Part shown: positions 17,689 to 27,450 of the stretch, one piece after another
How positions within the stretch are numbered: position 1 is the stretch's first letter
Layout: every line of letters starts with the position of its first letter
Source: a virus
Length of the DNA: 60,715 nt
Reading direction: 5' to 3' (one strand)
Virus record (IMG/VR): IMGVR_UViG_3300045988_118650
Notes under the pieces: generated by a model
What the model was told of the DNA's origin: nothing
What the model saw: only the letters and a program-made list of their open reading frames with translations
The model's database searches: none
Position numbers and translations under genes: made by a program

Positions 17689-18204
17689 TCATTCAAAGTA
17701 TTCATCAATCCAAGATTGGAGCCGGGCGTCCAGTAGGTCGGGGAGCATCTTGTCGAGAATGCGGAGAGCGCTTTCCCAGTAGTGTTTTCCCTCGACCCAT
17801 TTTTGTTTCAGGACCATGCCGCCCTCTGCGGTCGGGTCGTAGATGAATCGCCCATCGTCCAGCCAGTAGCCGGGGACAAAGCGGAGCTTGACGCCTTTCG
17901 GGTTTGTCCAGTGGCCGTCATTGACGTATGACGCATATTCGACATTGGTTCCCACCTCAAGAGTCAGATCTCCCTCGGTAAGCTCCCAGACGTTGCCCTG
18001 CTGCCCTTTTTCAAAGGACGCCAAAAGCTGGCGGGTGTCCATGACCTTGCGCCGGACTATCTCGTCCTGCAGGATTCGCAGAAACTCGTTGCCCAGACCT
18101 TCCAGAAACAGCTCCATTTCGCGCCGAAAGTCCCCAGATGCGGCTTTGCCCATCTTCTGGAAAAAGGCTCGAAATTCGGAGACGTCCACGTCGATGGTGT
18201 TCAT
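17689..18204 (-). CDS. HK97 gp10-family tail-component protein
   Basis: MNTIDVDVSEFRAFFQKMGKAASGDFRREMELFLEGLGNEFL pattern. Confidence 0.75.
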   Translation of the reverse strand: MNTIDVDVSEFRAFFQKMGKAASGDFRREMELFLEGLGNEFLRILQDEIVRRKVMDTRQLLASFEKGQQGNVWELTEGDLTLEVGTNVEYASYVNDGHWTNPKGVKLRFVPGYWLDDGRFIYDPTAEGGMVLKQKWVEGKHYWESALRILDKMLPDLLDARLQSWIDEYFE

Positions 18205-18569
18205 CAGAGATACCTCTGTGTGCCCTTTGCGGTAGCGTAGACAAAAATGTGGTGGCCGTGAACGTCGTGCGGGATCTCCGCAATATATTCATAGCCGTTT
18301 TTCTTGTCCACGATTTTATCGTTCAGGCGCACGTCCGTCCCTGTGGGCAGGGTCAGCTTGATGCGGGATTCCTTGACGTTGACCGGGGCGGCCTGATTGA
18401 TGCTCGTGCTTTCGCTCTTGACACCAAAGTGGCAGGCCACGCCCGGAACGTCCGGCTGCTCCGGGTAGGAAAAGGACGGCTGCTCTTTCAGGCCGTAGCC
18501 GGGGGAGCTTTCGAACTTCTGTACATGGTAGATGTCGCACAGGTCGTTGAGAAAGTGTTCAAATGCCAT
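18204..18569 (-). CDS. Head closure / head-tail adaptor protein
   Basis: 121 aa; assigned by position in the connector block. Confidence 0.65.
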   Translation of the reverse strand: MAFEHFLNDLCDIYHVQKFESSPGYGLKEQPSFSYPEQPDVPGVACHFGVKSESTSINQAAPVNVKESRIKLTLPTGTDVRLNDKIVDKKNGYEYIAEIPHDVHGHHIFVYATAKGTQRYL

Positions 18570-18580
18570 GTGTTCCCTCC

Positions 18581-18970
18581 TTAGAGCCGCCGCATCCGCA
18601 TGGTCACGGTGTTGTTGGCCGCTGCGACGACGTAATCGTCCAGCAGGGCGGGCAGATCGAGGTTTCCGACGGAAATGTCGGAATGCTCTGCGGAATAGCT
18701 GTAATCGTCAAATGTTTCGGATTTCAGCACCTTAGAGGACGTCAGAGCAGCGTTATGGGCGTAGGCTTCGGCCAGCAGGATGCAGGCGGTCTTGACGCCC
18801 TCCGGCAGCTCTTCCATCTCGATCAGCGCCTTGTTGTGGGTGTAGGTGATGATGTACTGTTCGGCGCGGGAGATGTCCACGGCCAGCTTTGCATCGCTGC
18901 GGCTGGCGACCTCCGGCGTTTCGGAGTATTCACGCACCTGCTCCGGGGTTATCCAAGGACGTGCGGGCAT
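18581..18970 (-). CDS. gp6-like head-tail connector protein
   Basis: ITPEQVREYSE..AKLAVDISRAEQYIITYTHN pattern. Confidence 0.7.
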   Translation of the reverse strand: MPARPWITPEQVREYSETPEVASRSDAKLAVDISRAEQYIITYTHNKALIEMEELPEGVKTACILLAEAYAHNAALTSSKVLKSETFDDYSYSAEHSDISVGNLDLPALLDDYVVAAANNTVTMRMRRL

Positions 18971-18972
18971 GG

Positions 18973-19392
18973 TCAGACCTCCCCGAAATCCGGCTCTGCA
19001 TCGTCAGCGTCAGGCTGGACGGTTACGGTCTCCGCTGCAATGGCAGCGACCAGCTCGGCCTTTTTGGTGGTCTTCGTGACCGGGACGCCCATGTCGCCCG
19101 CCAGCCGCTTCAGCTCAGCGAACGACAGGGATTCCAGATACTCACGGTCAAAGTGGGCTGCGGTGCTGCCGTCGGGCTCCTGCTCCCCTTCTGCGGTCAG
19201 GTGCGCGGTGTCGGCATCAAAGGGGGCGGCCGCGTTCTGATCGGCCAGAACATCGACCAGTTCAAAGTAGCCGCTGCGCAGGGCGGCGGCTTTGACTGCT
19301 TCGTCTGCAGTAAAAACATTAGGTTCCTCCCGCGTGGCCTTTACCACGCCCGTGTAGGACATAGCGTTTTTCAGTCTGAGGTGGTACGTCAT
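18973..19392 (-). CDS. Hypothetical head protein with Rho-N/SAP-like HeH motif
   Basis: LSFAELKRLAGDMGVPVTKTTKKAELVAAIA; lies downstream of the capsid gene. Confidence 0.6.
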   Translation of the reverse strand: MTYHLRLKNAMSYTGVVKATREEPNVFTADEAVKAAALRSGYFELVDVLADQNAAAPFDADTAHLTAEGEQEPDGSTAAHFDREYLESLSFAELKRLAGDMGVPVTKTTKKAELVAAIAAETVTVQPDADDAEPDFGEV

Positions 19393-19427
19393 TCTGTTCT
19401 CCTGCCTTTCATATCAGCGGGGCCAGA

Positions 19428-20489
19428 TCACTTAATGTTGGTGATGATGGCGGCCGCGTCCAGCTCCTCGATGATGGGGTCAAAGTCAAAGTGAACGACA
19501 TAGAAACGCTTGTCCTTCATGATGGCTTCCTTGCCCTCGATGGTCTTGCGAATCTTCATGCCGTAGGTGTTGACGACGATCAGGTTCTTCGGGTCGGTCA
19601 GGATGATCTTATCGTCCGGCAGGGACGGGCACTCGACGACGGGCACCTTTGCGGGGCTGTTGTAGATGGATTCGGGGACAGCGCCGCCCTTGTCGATGAT
19701 CTGGTTCAGCAGGTGCAGCTCCCATTCCTGTGCGCGGTGGGGGCTCATGAGCCAGCGTAACCGACCGTTATTGTACTTGTTCGGCATTGCGTGCAGGGAG
19801 TTGTAGAACATATCCAGCGTCATGGAGTTCTGGGCGGTGGCGTCAACGACGTGTGCGCCCTCCTTGAGCTGCTTAATCCAGCCGTCATTGACCTTCAGGA
19901 AGTCAGCGTCGCCAGTGGTGCCAAGGGCAACGGCGTCAGTGCCAGTCCATGCGCCAGCGGTGTGCTTTGCGGTAAACTCGTAGACCTTGTTGTCCTTGAT
20001 GGCCAGATCGCCGATGTTGTAGGTCTCGGATTCGCTGAAAGCCTTTGCCTTTGCGAACTTCTCGTCGCCGTTCAGATAGAGATCCAGCGCATCAATGCCG
20101 GTCTGGGTGGTCATCAGGTTGGTGATGATGTTCTCCAGATTCTGACCCTCGATGTTCTCGCGCAGGGTCTCCTCGGTGATTTCCCAAGGCAGGCGCACGG
20201 GGGTGCAGGCGTACTTGATGGAGCTGGTGTTGACACCTGCGCGGTAGCCGTCGTCGGTGTCCTCGGTCTTCTCACGCAGCAGACGGGATGCAATGCCGAT
20301 CTTGTCGATCTCGCCGGAGCGGGCGGTGCGCATCTCATGACGTACCAGACCGCCAAGGGTGGTCGCTTCAAAGGTCTGCTGGATAAACTTGCGGGCCTGC
20401 TCGCTGGACAGAATGCCAGCGCCCGCGTTGGGGGTAAAGTTGCCGGTATTGATGGCCTTGCGGATGATATCTTCGATGGAAAGTGCCAT
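19428..20489 (-). CDS. Major capsid protein (XkdG-like)
   Basis: MALSIEDIIRKAINTGNF... ATG at 20487-20489 follows AAGGAGG. Position follows the protease-scaffold gene. Confidence 0.88.
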   Translation of the reverse strand: MALSIEDIIRKAINTGNFTPNAGAGILSSEQARKFIQQTFEATTLGGLVRHEMRTARSGEIDKIGIASRLLREKTEDTDDGYRAGVNTSSIKYACTPVRLPWEITEETLRENIEGQNLENIITNLMTTQTGIDALDLYLNGDEKFAKAKAFSESETYNIGDLAIKDNKVYEFTAKHTAGAWTGTDAVALGTTGDADFLKVNDGWIKQLKEGAHVVDATAQNSMTLDMFYNSLHAMPNKYNNGRLRWLMSPHRAQEWELHLLNQIIDKGGAVPESIYNSPAKVPVVECPSLPDDKIILTDPKNLIVVNTYGMKIRKTIEGKEAIMKDKRFYVVHFDFDPIIEELDAAAIITNIK

Positions 20490-20509
20490 TTCGGTGTCCT
20501 CCTTCTTTA

Positions 20510-22012
20510 TCACAGGATGCCGTGCAGGTAGCAATCCTCCTGCGCGGCAGACTTCTGGACGGTGCCGGATGCGCCGTTCAGGTTGGTGGGGTTGGCGCGG
20601 CTGCTCAGCACTGCGCTTACGGACTTTGCGACAATGCCGTCGATCAGCTCGGACAGGTCAGCTTTGGTGAGCTGCTGCTCCTGCTTCTGTTCCGGCTCCT
20701 GCTGGCCCAGTGCCTTCTTGATGGCTGCATCAACGGCGTTCTGGACGAAATCAGGGGTGATTTCCTCGCCCTCTGCCTTTTCGACAGTGGCGGGGGCCTG
20801 CTCGCTCTGCTGCTGGCCCAGCGCCTTTGCTACGGCGTCCTGCACCAGCTTCTCAGCTTCGCTCTTGGTCATGGTTTTGCCCTCCTTGTTTTTGGTGGTC
20901 TCGGTGGATGTATCGTCGCCCGGCTTTTTGTTGTCGGGGTCGTCGGTTTTGTTAGTGGACGCGGCAGAATCGTTATCGGCAGCGGTCTTTTTGTTATCGT
21001 CCGTCGCCTGATTCTTGCCCTCGTCCTTGCTGCTGCCCTTGTCGTCCTTCTGGCCGTCGGTGGTATCTTCCTCGGTGCCAGTTTCGCCGCCGGGCTTGTC
21101 CTTGTCGGGGTCTGCGTCAACAGATGCAAGGAACGTGCCCAGACTGTCATACAGGCCCTGCAGGGCTTCGCGGTTCTTTGCGCTCAGGCTGCGGCCAGCC
21201 TTTTCGATGCGGCCCAGCTCCGGGGTGGGCTTGCATTCGAACAGGGATTTGGTCAACGGCTTTTCGCTGCTTGCATCGGCCAGCAGGTTTGTGATGATCG
21301 TGCCGAACTCTTCCAGCGCGGCCTTGATGGTGTCCTCGTCGGTCTGGTAGGTGTAAGTCCCGGTATAGCCGTTGTAGGTGTACAGGGCACTGCGCAGAGC
21401 GTCAAAGGCGTTCCAAAAGCTGCTGCTCGTGTTCGACTGCTTGAAGTTGTCAGTGACCGCGCCCTTTTCGACACGGCCCTGTGCTTTGGTTATAGATGCG
21501 CTGCTCAAATCAGTGTCCTCCTGTGCAAAGACGCCCAGACCACCCATCGAAAGCCCGGTGATTTCACCTTTTTCGATGGAGTTCCACAGGTCGTCATCCT
21601 TGATTTCGACGGTCATCAGCCATGTGCCCTCCTTGACGGTTTCGCCGCCGATGTCGCAGTCGGATTTTGCAATCCAGCTCTCAACGACGGCGGTTCCCTC
21701 GGCTGACACAAAGTTGTGCTGCAAATCGACCTTGTTCCCGTTCTTGGCAAACCAATAGGCCGCCTTTGCGATTTCGTCAGCGGTCATATAGTTGCCGTGA
21801 GCGTCCTCGACCAAAGGTTCGTATACGACGCCCGTCACAAAATGGGAATCGCTGTCGGCCTTGATGATTTTGCCGTAGGTGGTAAAGGTCGCCTTGCCGT
21901 CCTCGTTCTTGACAATGAGAAAAGGCCGCCTGTTGGCTGCTTTATCGACAAGAGACACAAAAGAGATCCGTGCATCTGTAATTTCTTTTGCCTTGGTTAC
22001 AGGTTTTGCCAT
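20510..22012 (-). CDS. XkdF-like prohead protease domain fused to a scaffold-like C-terminal region
   Basis: MAKPVTKAKEITDARISFVSLVDKAANRRPFLIVK..VVYEPLVEDAHGNYMTADEI is the XkdF pattern. It is followed by a D/K/T-rich low-complexity linker and a helical tail. ATG at 22010-22012. Confidence 0.8.
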   Translation of the reverse strand: MAKPVTKAKEITDARISFVSLVDKAANRRPFLIVKNEDGKATFTTYGKIIKADSDSHFVTGVVYEPLVEDAHGNYMTADEIAKAAYWFAKNGNKVDLQHNFVSAEGTAVVESWIAKSDCDIGGETVKEGTWLMTVEIKDDDLWNSIEKGEITGLSMGGLGVFAQEDTDLSSASITKAQGRVEKGAVTDNFKQSNTSSSFWNAFDALRSALYTYNGYTGTYTYQTDEDTIKAALEEFGTIITNLLADASSEKPLTKSLFECKPTPELGRIEKAGRSLSAKNREALQGLYDSLGTFLASVDADPDKDKPGGETGTEEDTTDGQKDDKGSSKDEGKNQATDDNKKTAADNDSAASTNKTDDPDNKKPGDDTSTETTKNKEGKTMTKSEAEKLVQDAVAKALGQQQSEQAPATVEKAEGEEITPDFVQNAVDAAIKKALGQQEPEQKQEQQLTKADLSELIDGIVAKSVSAVLSSRANPTNLNGASGTVQKSAAQEDCYLHGIL

Positions 22013-22044
22013 GTGCTCACCTCCTTTTCCTGTTTTCGGGCAAT

Positions 22045-22068
22045 ATAAAAAGCAGCGTTTCCGCTGCT
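22045..22068 (-). terminator. Possible intrinsic attenuator
   Basis: Minus strand AGCAGCG-GAAA-CGCTGCT followed by TTTTTAT. Confidence 0.4.
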
Positions 22069-22073
22069 CTTTA

Positions 22074-22325
22074 TCATGTATTTGGTTCTTCCGGGTCTTC
22101 GGTTGTTTCGTCCAGCTCTGCCGGAACAGAAACGAACACGTTCGGGTTGTCCAGAATGGCCTTAATCTCGGCCAGATCAGTGCCGGGTAAAAGCTCCAGC
22201 TCCAGAGTGGGGACTTCATCAACGGCATGGCGCAGGGTGTAAGACCTGATCATGCCGGAAAGTTCCATGCCGTCCAGCTTGATGCTGGGATAGCTCACGC
22301 GGGCTTCATCAATGGTTACGATCAT
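22074..22325 (-). CDS. Hypothetical head-module protein
   Basis: 83-aa ORF with an acidic C-terminus. Confidence 0.6.
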   Translation of the reverse strand: MIVTIDEARVSYPSIKLDGMELSGMIRSYTLRHAVDEVPTLELELLPGTDLAEIKAILDNPNVFVSVPAELDETTEDPEEPNT

Positions 22326-22327
22326 GT

Positions 22328-23338
22328 TTATTCATCCTCGATTCCGGCTTTCGCCTTGTTTTGTGCATCCAGTTCGGCTTCCCAGTCGTCGTCCATCTCG
22401 TCGATGGCCTGCTGTTGCAGCTTCTGGCGTTCTTCCAGTGGCAGCCCCAGAATGTCCTCCGACACAACGGGCTGCTGGATGCAGTGGCAATTGATGCGCT
22501 CCCCTGCGGGCAGAATGACGTCGCGGGGGTACATGGGATAGTAGACAATGCCGTCAGCCCCGGTCAGCTCAAATGGCTGATCTTTGGGCACGACCTGTCC
22601 GTCCATGTCGATGTGGTTTTGGCGGGGTTCGTTGCGGTAGTCCCCGGTATGCCGCCAGCTTTTGCCCTCGACGGCCGGGGACTGCATAAAGGCTTCCTGC
22701 TGGGCGACGCTGTGCGCTCCCAGTATTTCAGTAACGGCCACCCGGCGGGCGCGGTAGTGGGAAGTCCAGTATTCGCCTTTGCCCTCTTTCTCCATGCCGG
22801 AGCCGATAAGGTCAACGCAAAACTGTGAGATGTTGCCGCCGTTGTTGATCTCCTTTTTGAGCATGGCTTCGAGCTGGTCTTTACTGGTCGTTCTCATGAG
22901 GTCGGCCAGCTCGTCGCTCCAGCTTTCAATCCATGCGGTGGTGCGCTTGGATACCCTGTCCAGCTTCAGGTTTTTGTCCGTCTGCTTGAGGTAGTATGCA
23001 GCGTACTCCGGCAGGAACTTCGACAGCCGGGCGGCAAATGCTTTACTCAACTTTGCGGTGGCAGGGGTGGCAGCGGTTACAGCCGGGAGCTTCTTCTGAA
23101 AATCTTCCAGACTGCCAGATGCTTTAGCTTCTCGAACAAAGTAGTCCGTTTCCTCGGTGAGTATGTCGGCCACGTCGTCCTCGATATCTTGCGCGTATTG
23201 GAGCGTCTTTTTCGGTTTAGCATACCCTTCCTTTCCAAGCTGCTTCGAGAGGTCGTTGTCAGCTTTTCGGATGTAGGCATCAATAGCCTTTGCTATGCGG
23301 TCGCAGTAGCAAGGCTTGATAACAAGGCGCTGTTTCAC
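22328..23338 (-). CDS. Minor head protein (Mu F / SPP1 gp7 family)
   Basis: SWRHTGDYRNEPRQNHIDMDGQVV...ERINCHCI is a typical Mu F C-terminal motif. Confidence 0.85.
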   Translation of the reverse strand: MKQRLVIKPCYCDRIAKAIDAYIRKADNDLSKQLGKEGYAKPKKTLQYAQDIEDDVADILTEETDYFVREAKASGSLEDFQKKLPAVTAATPATAKLSKAFAARLSKFLPEYAAYYLKQTDKNLKLDRVSKRTTAWIESWSDELADLMRTTSKDQLEAMLKKEINNGGNISQFCVDLIGSGMEKEGKGEYWTSHYRARRVAVTEILGAHSVAQQEAFMQSPAVEGKSWRHTGDYRNEPRQNHIDMDGQVVPKDQPFELTGADGIVYYPMYPRDVILPAGERINCHCIQQPVVSEDILGLPLEERQKLQQQAIDEMDDDWEAELDAQNKAKAGIEDE

Positions 23339-24924
23339 TGCTCTCCCTCCTGCTGCTCTTTTAGATCAACCAGCAGGCGGCGCACCTCTTTCATGACGGC
23401 GTAGACCTGCGTGTCCTCCGGGCGGTTGGCTGCTTTCTGGATTTTGCCATCAAGGGCCATCGTGAGAGCGCCAAGGTCAAAGCCGCCGCTGCTGTTGGAC
23501 TGCGTGATGGACAGCGGGACGTTGCCCCAGTCTTCGTCATAGTCGTCCGACGCTTCGCCAAGGTACTTGTAGAGGATCTCTTTTGCCTTGTTGGGGGTGA
23601 CGCCGCCCGCTGCCGTCGCTGCGGTAAGTATTTTGCAGATGTCGTCCGGGTTGGAGATGTTCGGCTCAAGGAAGTAGGCTTCGACATACTTAAAGCCGTA
23701 GGCGTTCAGCAGACGGTTGTTGATGGCCCACGCAAGGCTCTTGCGTTCCGGCTGGAAAACCTGCTTCTCCGTGACCTCCTGCGCGGTCTGCGCGGTTGCG
23801 CGGTTGAAGTCGGTCGTGTACCCGGTGTAGAGGTCGGGCAGCAGGAACGAGCTTTGCACCTTCTTGCGGTTGTTGTCCATGTAGGACTGGAACAGCTCGT
23901 CCTTCTGTAAGATGGATGCCAAATCCTTGACCTCGATTCTCGGCTTTTCGGTCTCGTCAAAGTCGGTCTTGCCGTCGGTGGATTCGGTTTCGAGGACGAT
24001 AAAGGCGTGTTGCCCCGCTTCGCCCTTGATGTCGTCCATGTACTTCGTCAGCTTGTCGTAGCTGTCATCCGTGAGGGTGCCGCCCTGAATCATAATCATA
24101 AGCGGGGTGTGACGGCCGTTGATAAAGTAGTTGTTGTTCAGGCGTTCAGCGCGGCGGCTGCCATCGACGCCAAGAATCTGACCTATCCAGCGGACTTCTC
24201 CGTAGGGCTGGATGCCGATGGAAAAGTCCAGGATCTCGTTTGCTTCATAGGTAATATCGAGAGATTCTCCGTCTTCGAGGTAATGACCGTCGCGCCAGTC
24301 CATGCGGCGCGGGTCGCCAAACTCTTTGAAATAGACGACCTTGCCGCCGATCTGCTGCCGGAATTTGCGGAACTTCTTTTTTCGCTGGACGGGCTCACCG
24401 TGGGAGTAGTAGACGGTATCAATGCGGGGTTCCAGCGGGACGGTCATTCGGATAGACGGCGTATCATGCAGAAATTCGATCTGCTGGACTTGCCCGTCAA
24501 GGCTGCGGATGACTTCCAGATAGGCGATGCCGTATGTTTCGCGGGCTTCAATGAGGTCTTCAAAGACTTCCTTTGTGTCCTGCTCGGTGTTCAGCAGCTC
24601 AATGATGCTGGCCATGCGGTTGTACTCCGCGTTGGCTTCATCGCTTTCCTTGACGTCTTCGGCGTACTTGACGCCGATGCCAAAGCCTGCGATGTTGTCC
24701 TTGTAGGCGCGGATGCACTGCGGCAGGATGGTCGATTCTCGGACAAGATCATGCAGACCGGCCAGCTCATAGGGCGGTTCAATCCAGTCGCCAGCGTTAA
24801 AAGCTTCCTGCTCCGTGACCTGCGTTGTGGTGTCGGACTTCTGGATGGGCTGCAATGGCGGCTTGTATTCGCGGCCTTTGATGATGCGGGCCTGCATGGG
24901 GCGCGGTTTCTTATTCGTTGCCAA
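23335..24924 (-). CDS. Portal protein
   Basis: 529 aa, located directly after TerL. Confidence 0.88.
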   Translation of the reverse strand: MATNKKPRPMQARIIKGREYKPPLQPIQKSDTTTQVTEQEAFNAGDWIEPPYELAGLHDLVRESTILPQCIRAYKDNIAGFGIGVKYAEDVKESDEANAEYNRMASIIELLNTEQDTKEVFEDLIEARETYGIAYLEVIRSLDGQVQQIEFLHDTPSIRMTVPLEPRIDTVYYSHGEPVQRKKKFRKFRQQIGGKVVYFKEFGDPRRMDWRDGHYLEDGESLDITYEANEILDFSIGIQPYGEVRWIGQILGVDGSRRAERLNNNYFINGRHTPLMIMIQGGTLTDDSYDKLTKYMDDIKGEAGQHAFIVLETESTDGKTDFDETEKPRIEVKDLASILQKDELFQSYMDNNRKKVQSSFLLPDLYTGYTTDFNRATAQTAQEVTEKQVFQPERKSLAWAINNRLLNAYGFKYVEAYFLEPNISNPDDICKILTAATAAGGVTPNKAKEILYKYLGEASDDYDEDWGNVPLSITQSNSSGGFDLGALTMALDGKIQKAANRPEDTQVYAVMKEVRRLLVDLKEQQEGEQ

Positions 24925-24930
24925 TGGGGT

Positions 24931-26352
24931 TTACTCCTTTCTTCCTGCTCCCTTTGGCGGGTGAGCTTTCGAGGGCTTGACGGGCAGGCACAGCAGCAAA
25001 ATGCAGTCGGCTTCGTCGGGGGACGGCCGGCCGCGTGCTTTGACGTCCTTTTTGCTCTCGATCTTGACCTTGCTTTTCTCCGTGATGCCGTATTTACGGG
25101 TGGAGAGCTGCGCGGCCAGATCTGCGTCGTCGGGCAGGATAAGTTCAACGGGCTTTTCGTTGCCGTCGTCGTCAATGGTTTGGAGTAGCTTTTTGACAAT
25201 GGCCATCATGTAGGTGGTCGTGTCGTGATAATACTTGTGCCGGATGATCTGGCCAAACTTGACCGGGACGATGGAGAGCCACCAGAAACGGTCGGGGTCG
25301 CTGCGCTTGATCTGGCGCAAGTTGTCGGTTACGCCACCGCCGACGCCGCCGTCGTCGATCTTGACGGGTATCGCGGTTTCGAGGTGGTATTTATCAACAA
25401 GCCTGCATCCCAGCAGGGCTATTTCGTGGGCGGTTCGCACCGTGTCCTGTCCCTGTATCTTCTGGTGAAAATAGACCTTTTCATCGACCTTGTAGCCGAT
25501 GACGGTTTTATCGTCACCAAATCGGGCGACGTCGCAGCCGATATGAACAGACAGCGGCTTTTCCGGCTCTTTCCAGTCGGTGTTGATGGACTTCTCGACC
25601 ATGGACAGCGGGATAAAGACGTCCTTCTCGGATTTCGGGAAGTCCCCGGCTACGCGGACGCGGAACACGTCTGAATCCTCGCCGTACATGGTTCTGATTC
25701 TGTCGATGTACTCCTGCGACACGCGGGGGCTGTTTCGGTCGTCAACGTGGATGGTGTGATATTCTGCCCGGTTCTTGTGGAAAGCGTCGTAAAAGAAGCC
25801 CTGCAACTGTGTGGGGTTCCCGCACATCAGGAGCCGCGCTCCCTCTGTGGATAGGGCACCCAGAACAGGCTCAAAGACCTTGTCGTCCACGCCGGATGCT
25901 TCGTCGATGATAAACAGCAGGTTCTCGGAGTGAAATCCTTGCAGGGCGTCCGGGGTGTTCGATGTTCGGGCGACGGCAAACCATTCCTCTTTGGCTCCTG
26001 TCATATAGACGCGCTCCTGCGTCCATGTGATCTCCCGTTGCAATGCCGGGTTGCTGCGCAGCCACTTGGACACCTCGGCCCAGAGGATGTCATATAGCTG
26101 GTGCTGTGTGGGGGCTGTGCAGGGGATTTTCGGGTAAGGGCGGGTGCAGATAAACCAGATAATAGCCCACGCCTGCACGGCGCTCTTTCCGATGCCGTGC
26201 CCAGAACGAACGGCCGTCATGGGGTTCTCGGCAAGGCTCCGCAGGATGTTGGCCTGCTCCTCGTCCGGCTTGGCTCCTATGATGTCCTCGACGAACTCGA
26301 CCGGATGGTCTGCATAGAAAAGCACGGCGTCACTTGTCATCTGCTTCACCAT
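24931..26352 (-). CDS. terL: Terminase large subunit
   Basis: Walker A GHGIGKS, Walker B LLFIIDEASG, and a C-terminal nuclease-like half. Confidence 0.92.
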   Translation of the reverse strand: MVKQMTSDAVLFYADHPVEFVEDIIGAKPDEEQANILRSLAENPMTAVRSGHGIGKSAVQAWAIIWFICTRPYPKIPCTAPTQHQLYDILWAEVSKWLRSNPALQREITWTQERVYMTGAKEEWFAVARTSNTPDALQGFHSENLLFIIDEASGVDDKVFEPVLGALSTEGARLLMCGNPTQLQGFFYDAFHKNRAEYHTIHVDDRNSPRVSQEYIDRIRTMYGEDSDVFRVRVAGDFPKSEKDVFIPLSMVEKSINTDWKEPEKPLSVHIGCDVARFGDDKTVIGYKVDEKVYFHQKIQGQDTVRTAHEIALLGCRLVDKYHLETAIPVKIDDGGVGGGVTDNLRQIKRSDPDRFWWLSIVPVKFGQIIRHKYYHDTTTYMMAIVKKLLQTIDDDGNEKPVELILPDDADLAAQLSTRKYGITEKSKVKIESKKDVKARGRPSPDEADCILLLCLPVKPSKAHPPKGAGRKE

Positions 26353-26830
26353 CCATTCTGCGCTGATAGGCTTCCTCGATGGTCTGCATCAGGCTGGGGG
26401 TGGCATTCGCGTCCTCCTGCGGGGCTTTTTCCAGTACGAGGTTGTTTTCGACTTCAAGGGCCAGCTTCAGCATCTCCTTGATATCGCGGGGCGTCATATC
26501 CTCCGGGGCCAAAAGGTTCAGGGCATTCAGTGCCTTTAGTTGGAGTTGGGCGGCTATTTGCAGATGGGTTTTGCGGATGTTGGCCGCTTCTTTGGCTGCG
26601 CTTTTGCGGGCTTCTTCGTCGATGCTGTTATCGTAAGCCCGGCAGCGGGCGGCCCAGTTGTGGCCTTTGTGCCAGCGGTCGATTAGACTTCGATTCTTGC
26701 CGCATTCCTTTACCACCGCCGACACGGTGCGGTTTTTGCCCATATCCCGGTATAAAGAGAATGCAGCATAGGCCGGGTCGCTCTCTTTGGGCTGCTGCTC
26801 CCAGACCTTTGTTTTGACCTGTTTTTCCAT
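26330..26830 (-). CDS. terS: Terminase small subunit (HTH)
   Basis: 166 aa upstream of and overlapping terL. Segment AAFSLYRDMGKNRTVSAVVKECGKNRSLIDRW is HTH-like. Confidence 0.7.
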   Translation of the reverse strand: MEKQVKTKVWEQQPKESDPAYAAFSLYRDMGKNRTVSAVVKECGKNRSLIDRWHKGHNWAARCRAYDNSIDEEARKSAAKEAANIRKTHLQIAAQLQLKALNALNLLAPEDMTPRDIKEMLKLALEVENNLVLEKAPQEDANATPSLMQTIEEAYQRRMDGEADDK

Positions 26831-26871
26831 GGCATTCTCCTTACAGGGTCATGCAGGGAGAAAAGGCCCGG

Positions 26872-27447
26872 TCATGCCGATGCGGTGACGGTATCGACGA
26901 TGATCTTGACGATGGCATCCTCGCCGTGTTCCTTGATGTAGGCTTTCAAGGGTTTCTCGTCGGCTGCATCAAAGTCAAGGCTCAGCAGGAAGTTATCTTC
27001 CAGATCCTCTTCAGGTTCTTCGTCGGTTTCGGTCACGTCGTCAAAGTAGGATTTGAGTTCATCCCTCAAAACGTCGATTTCCGGGAGCGTGAATCCTGTG
27101 TCGGCTGCTTCTTCGCCCAGCTCGGTGAGGATGTCGGTCAACTTCTTGTCGTCCCATTCACCCGTTATCTTGTTCAAGGCGATGTTGAGCTCCTTTTCCT
27201 TGATGTCGTCCAGATCGACGACGGAAACAGTGACTTCGGTTTCGCCCTGTGCTTCAAGGACGGTCAAACGCTGGTGGCCGGAAACAACGGTATTTGTGCG
27301 ACGGTTCCAAACGATAGGCTGCACCAGACCGTGGCGCTTCAAGCTGCGCTCGATGGCCTGATATTCTTCGTCCTCCGGCTTGAGATCGACGCGGGGGTTA
27401 TAGGCAGCGCGGTTGATGTCCGCGATGCGCTTCACTTCAAATTCCAT
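26872..27447 (-). CDS. ParB N-terminal (ParB/Srx-fold nuclease-like) domain protein 1
   Basis: RIADINRAAYNPRVDL..ERSLKRHGLVQPIVWN..VVSGHQRLTVLEAQG. Confidence 0.8.
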   Translation of the reverse strand: MEFEVKRIADINRAAYNPRVDLKPEDEEYQAIERSLKRHGLVQPIVWNRRTNTVVSGHQRLTVLEAQGETEVTVSVVDLDDIKEKELNIALNKITGEWDDKKLTDILTELGEEAADTGFTLPEIDVLRDELKSYFDDVTETDEEPEEDLEDNFLLSLDFDAADEKPLKAYIKEHGEDAIVKIIVDTVTASA

Positions 27448-27450
27448 GCG

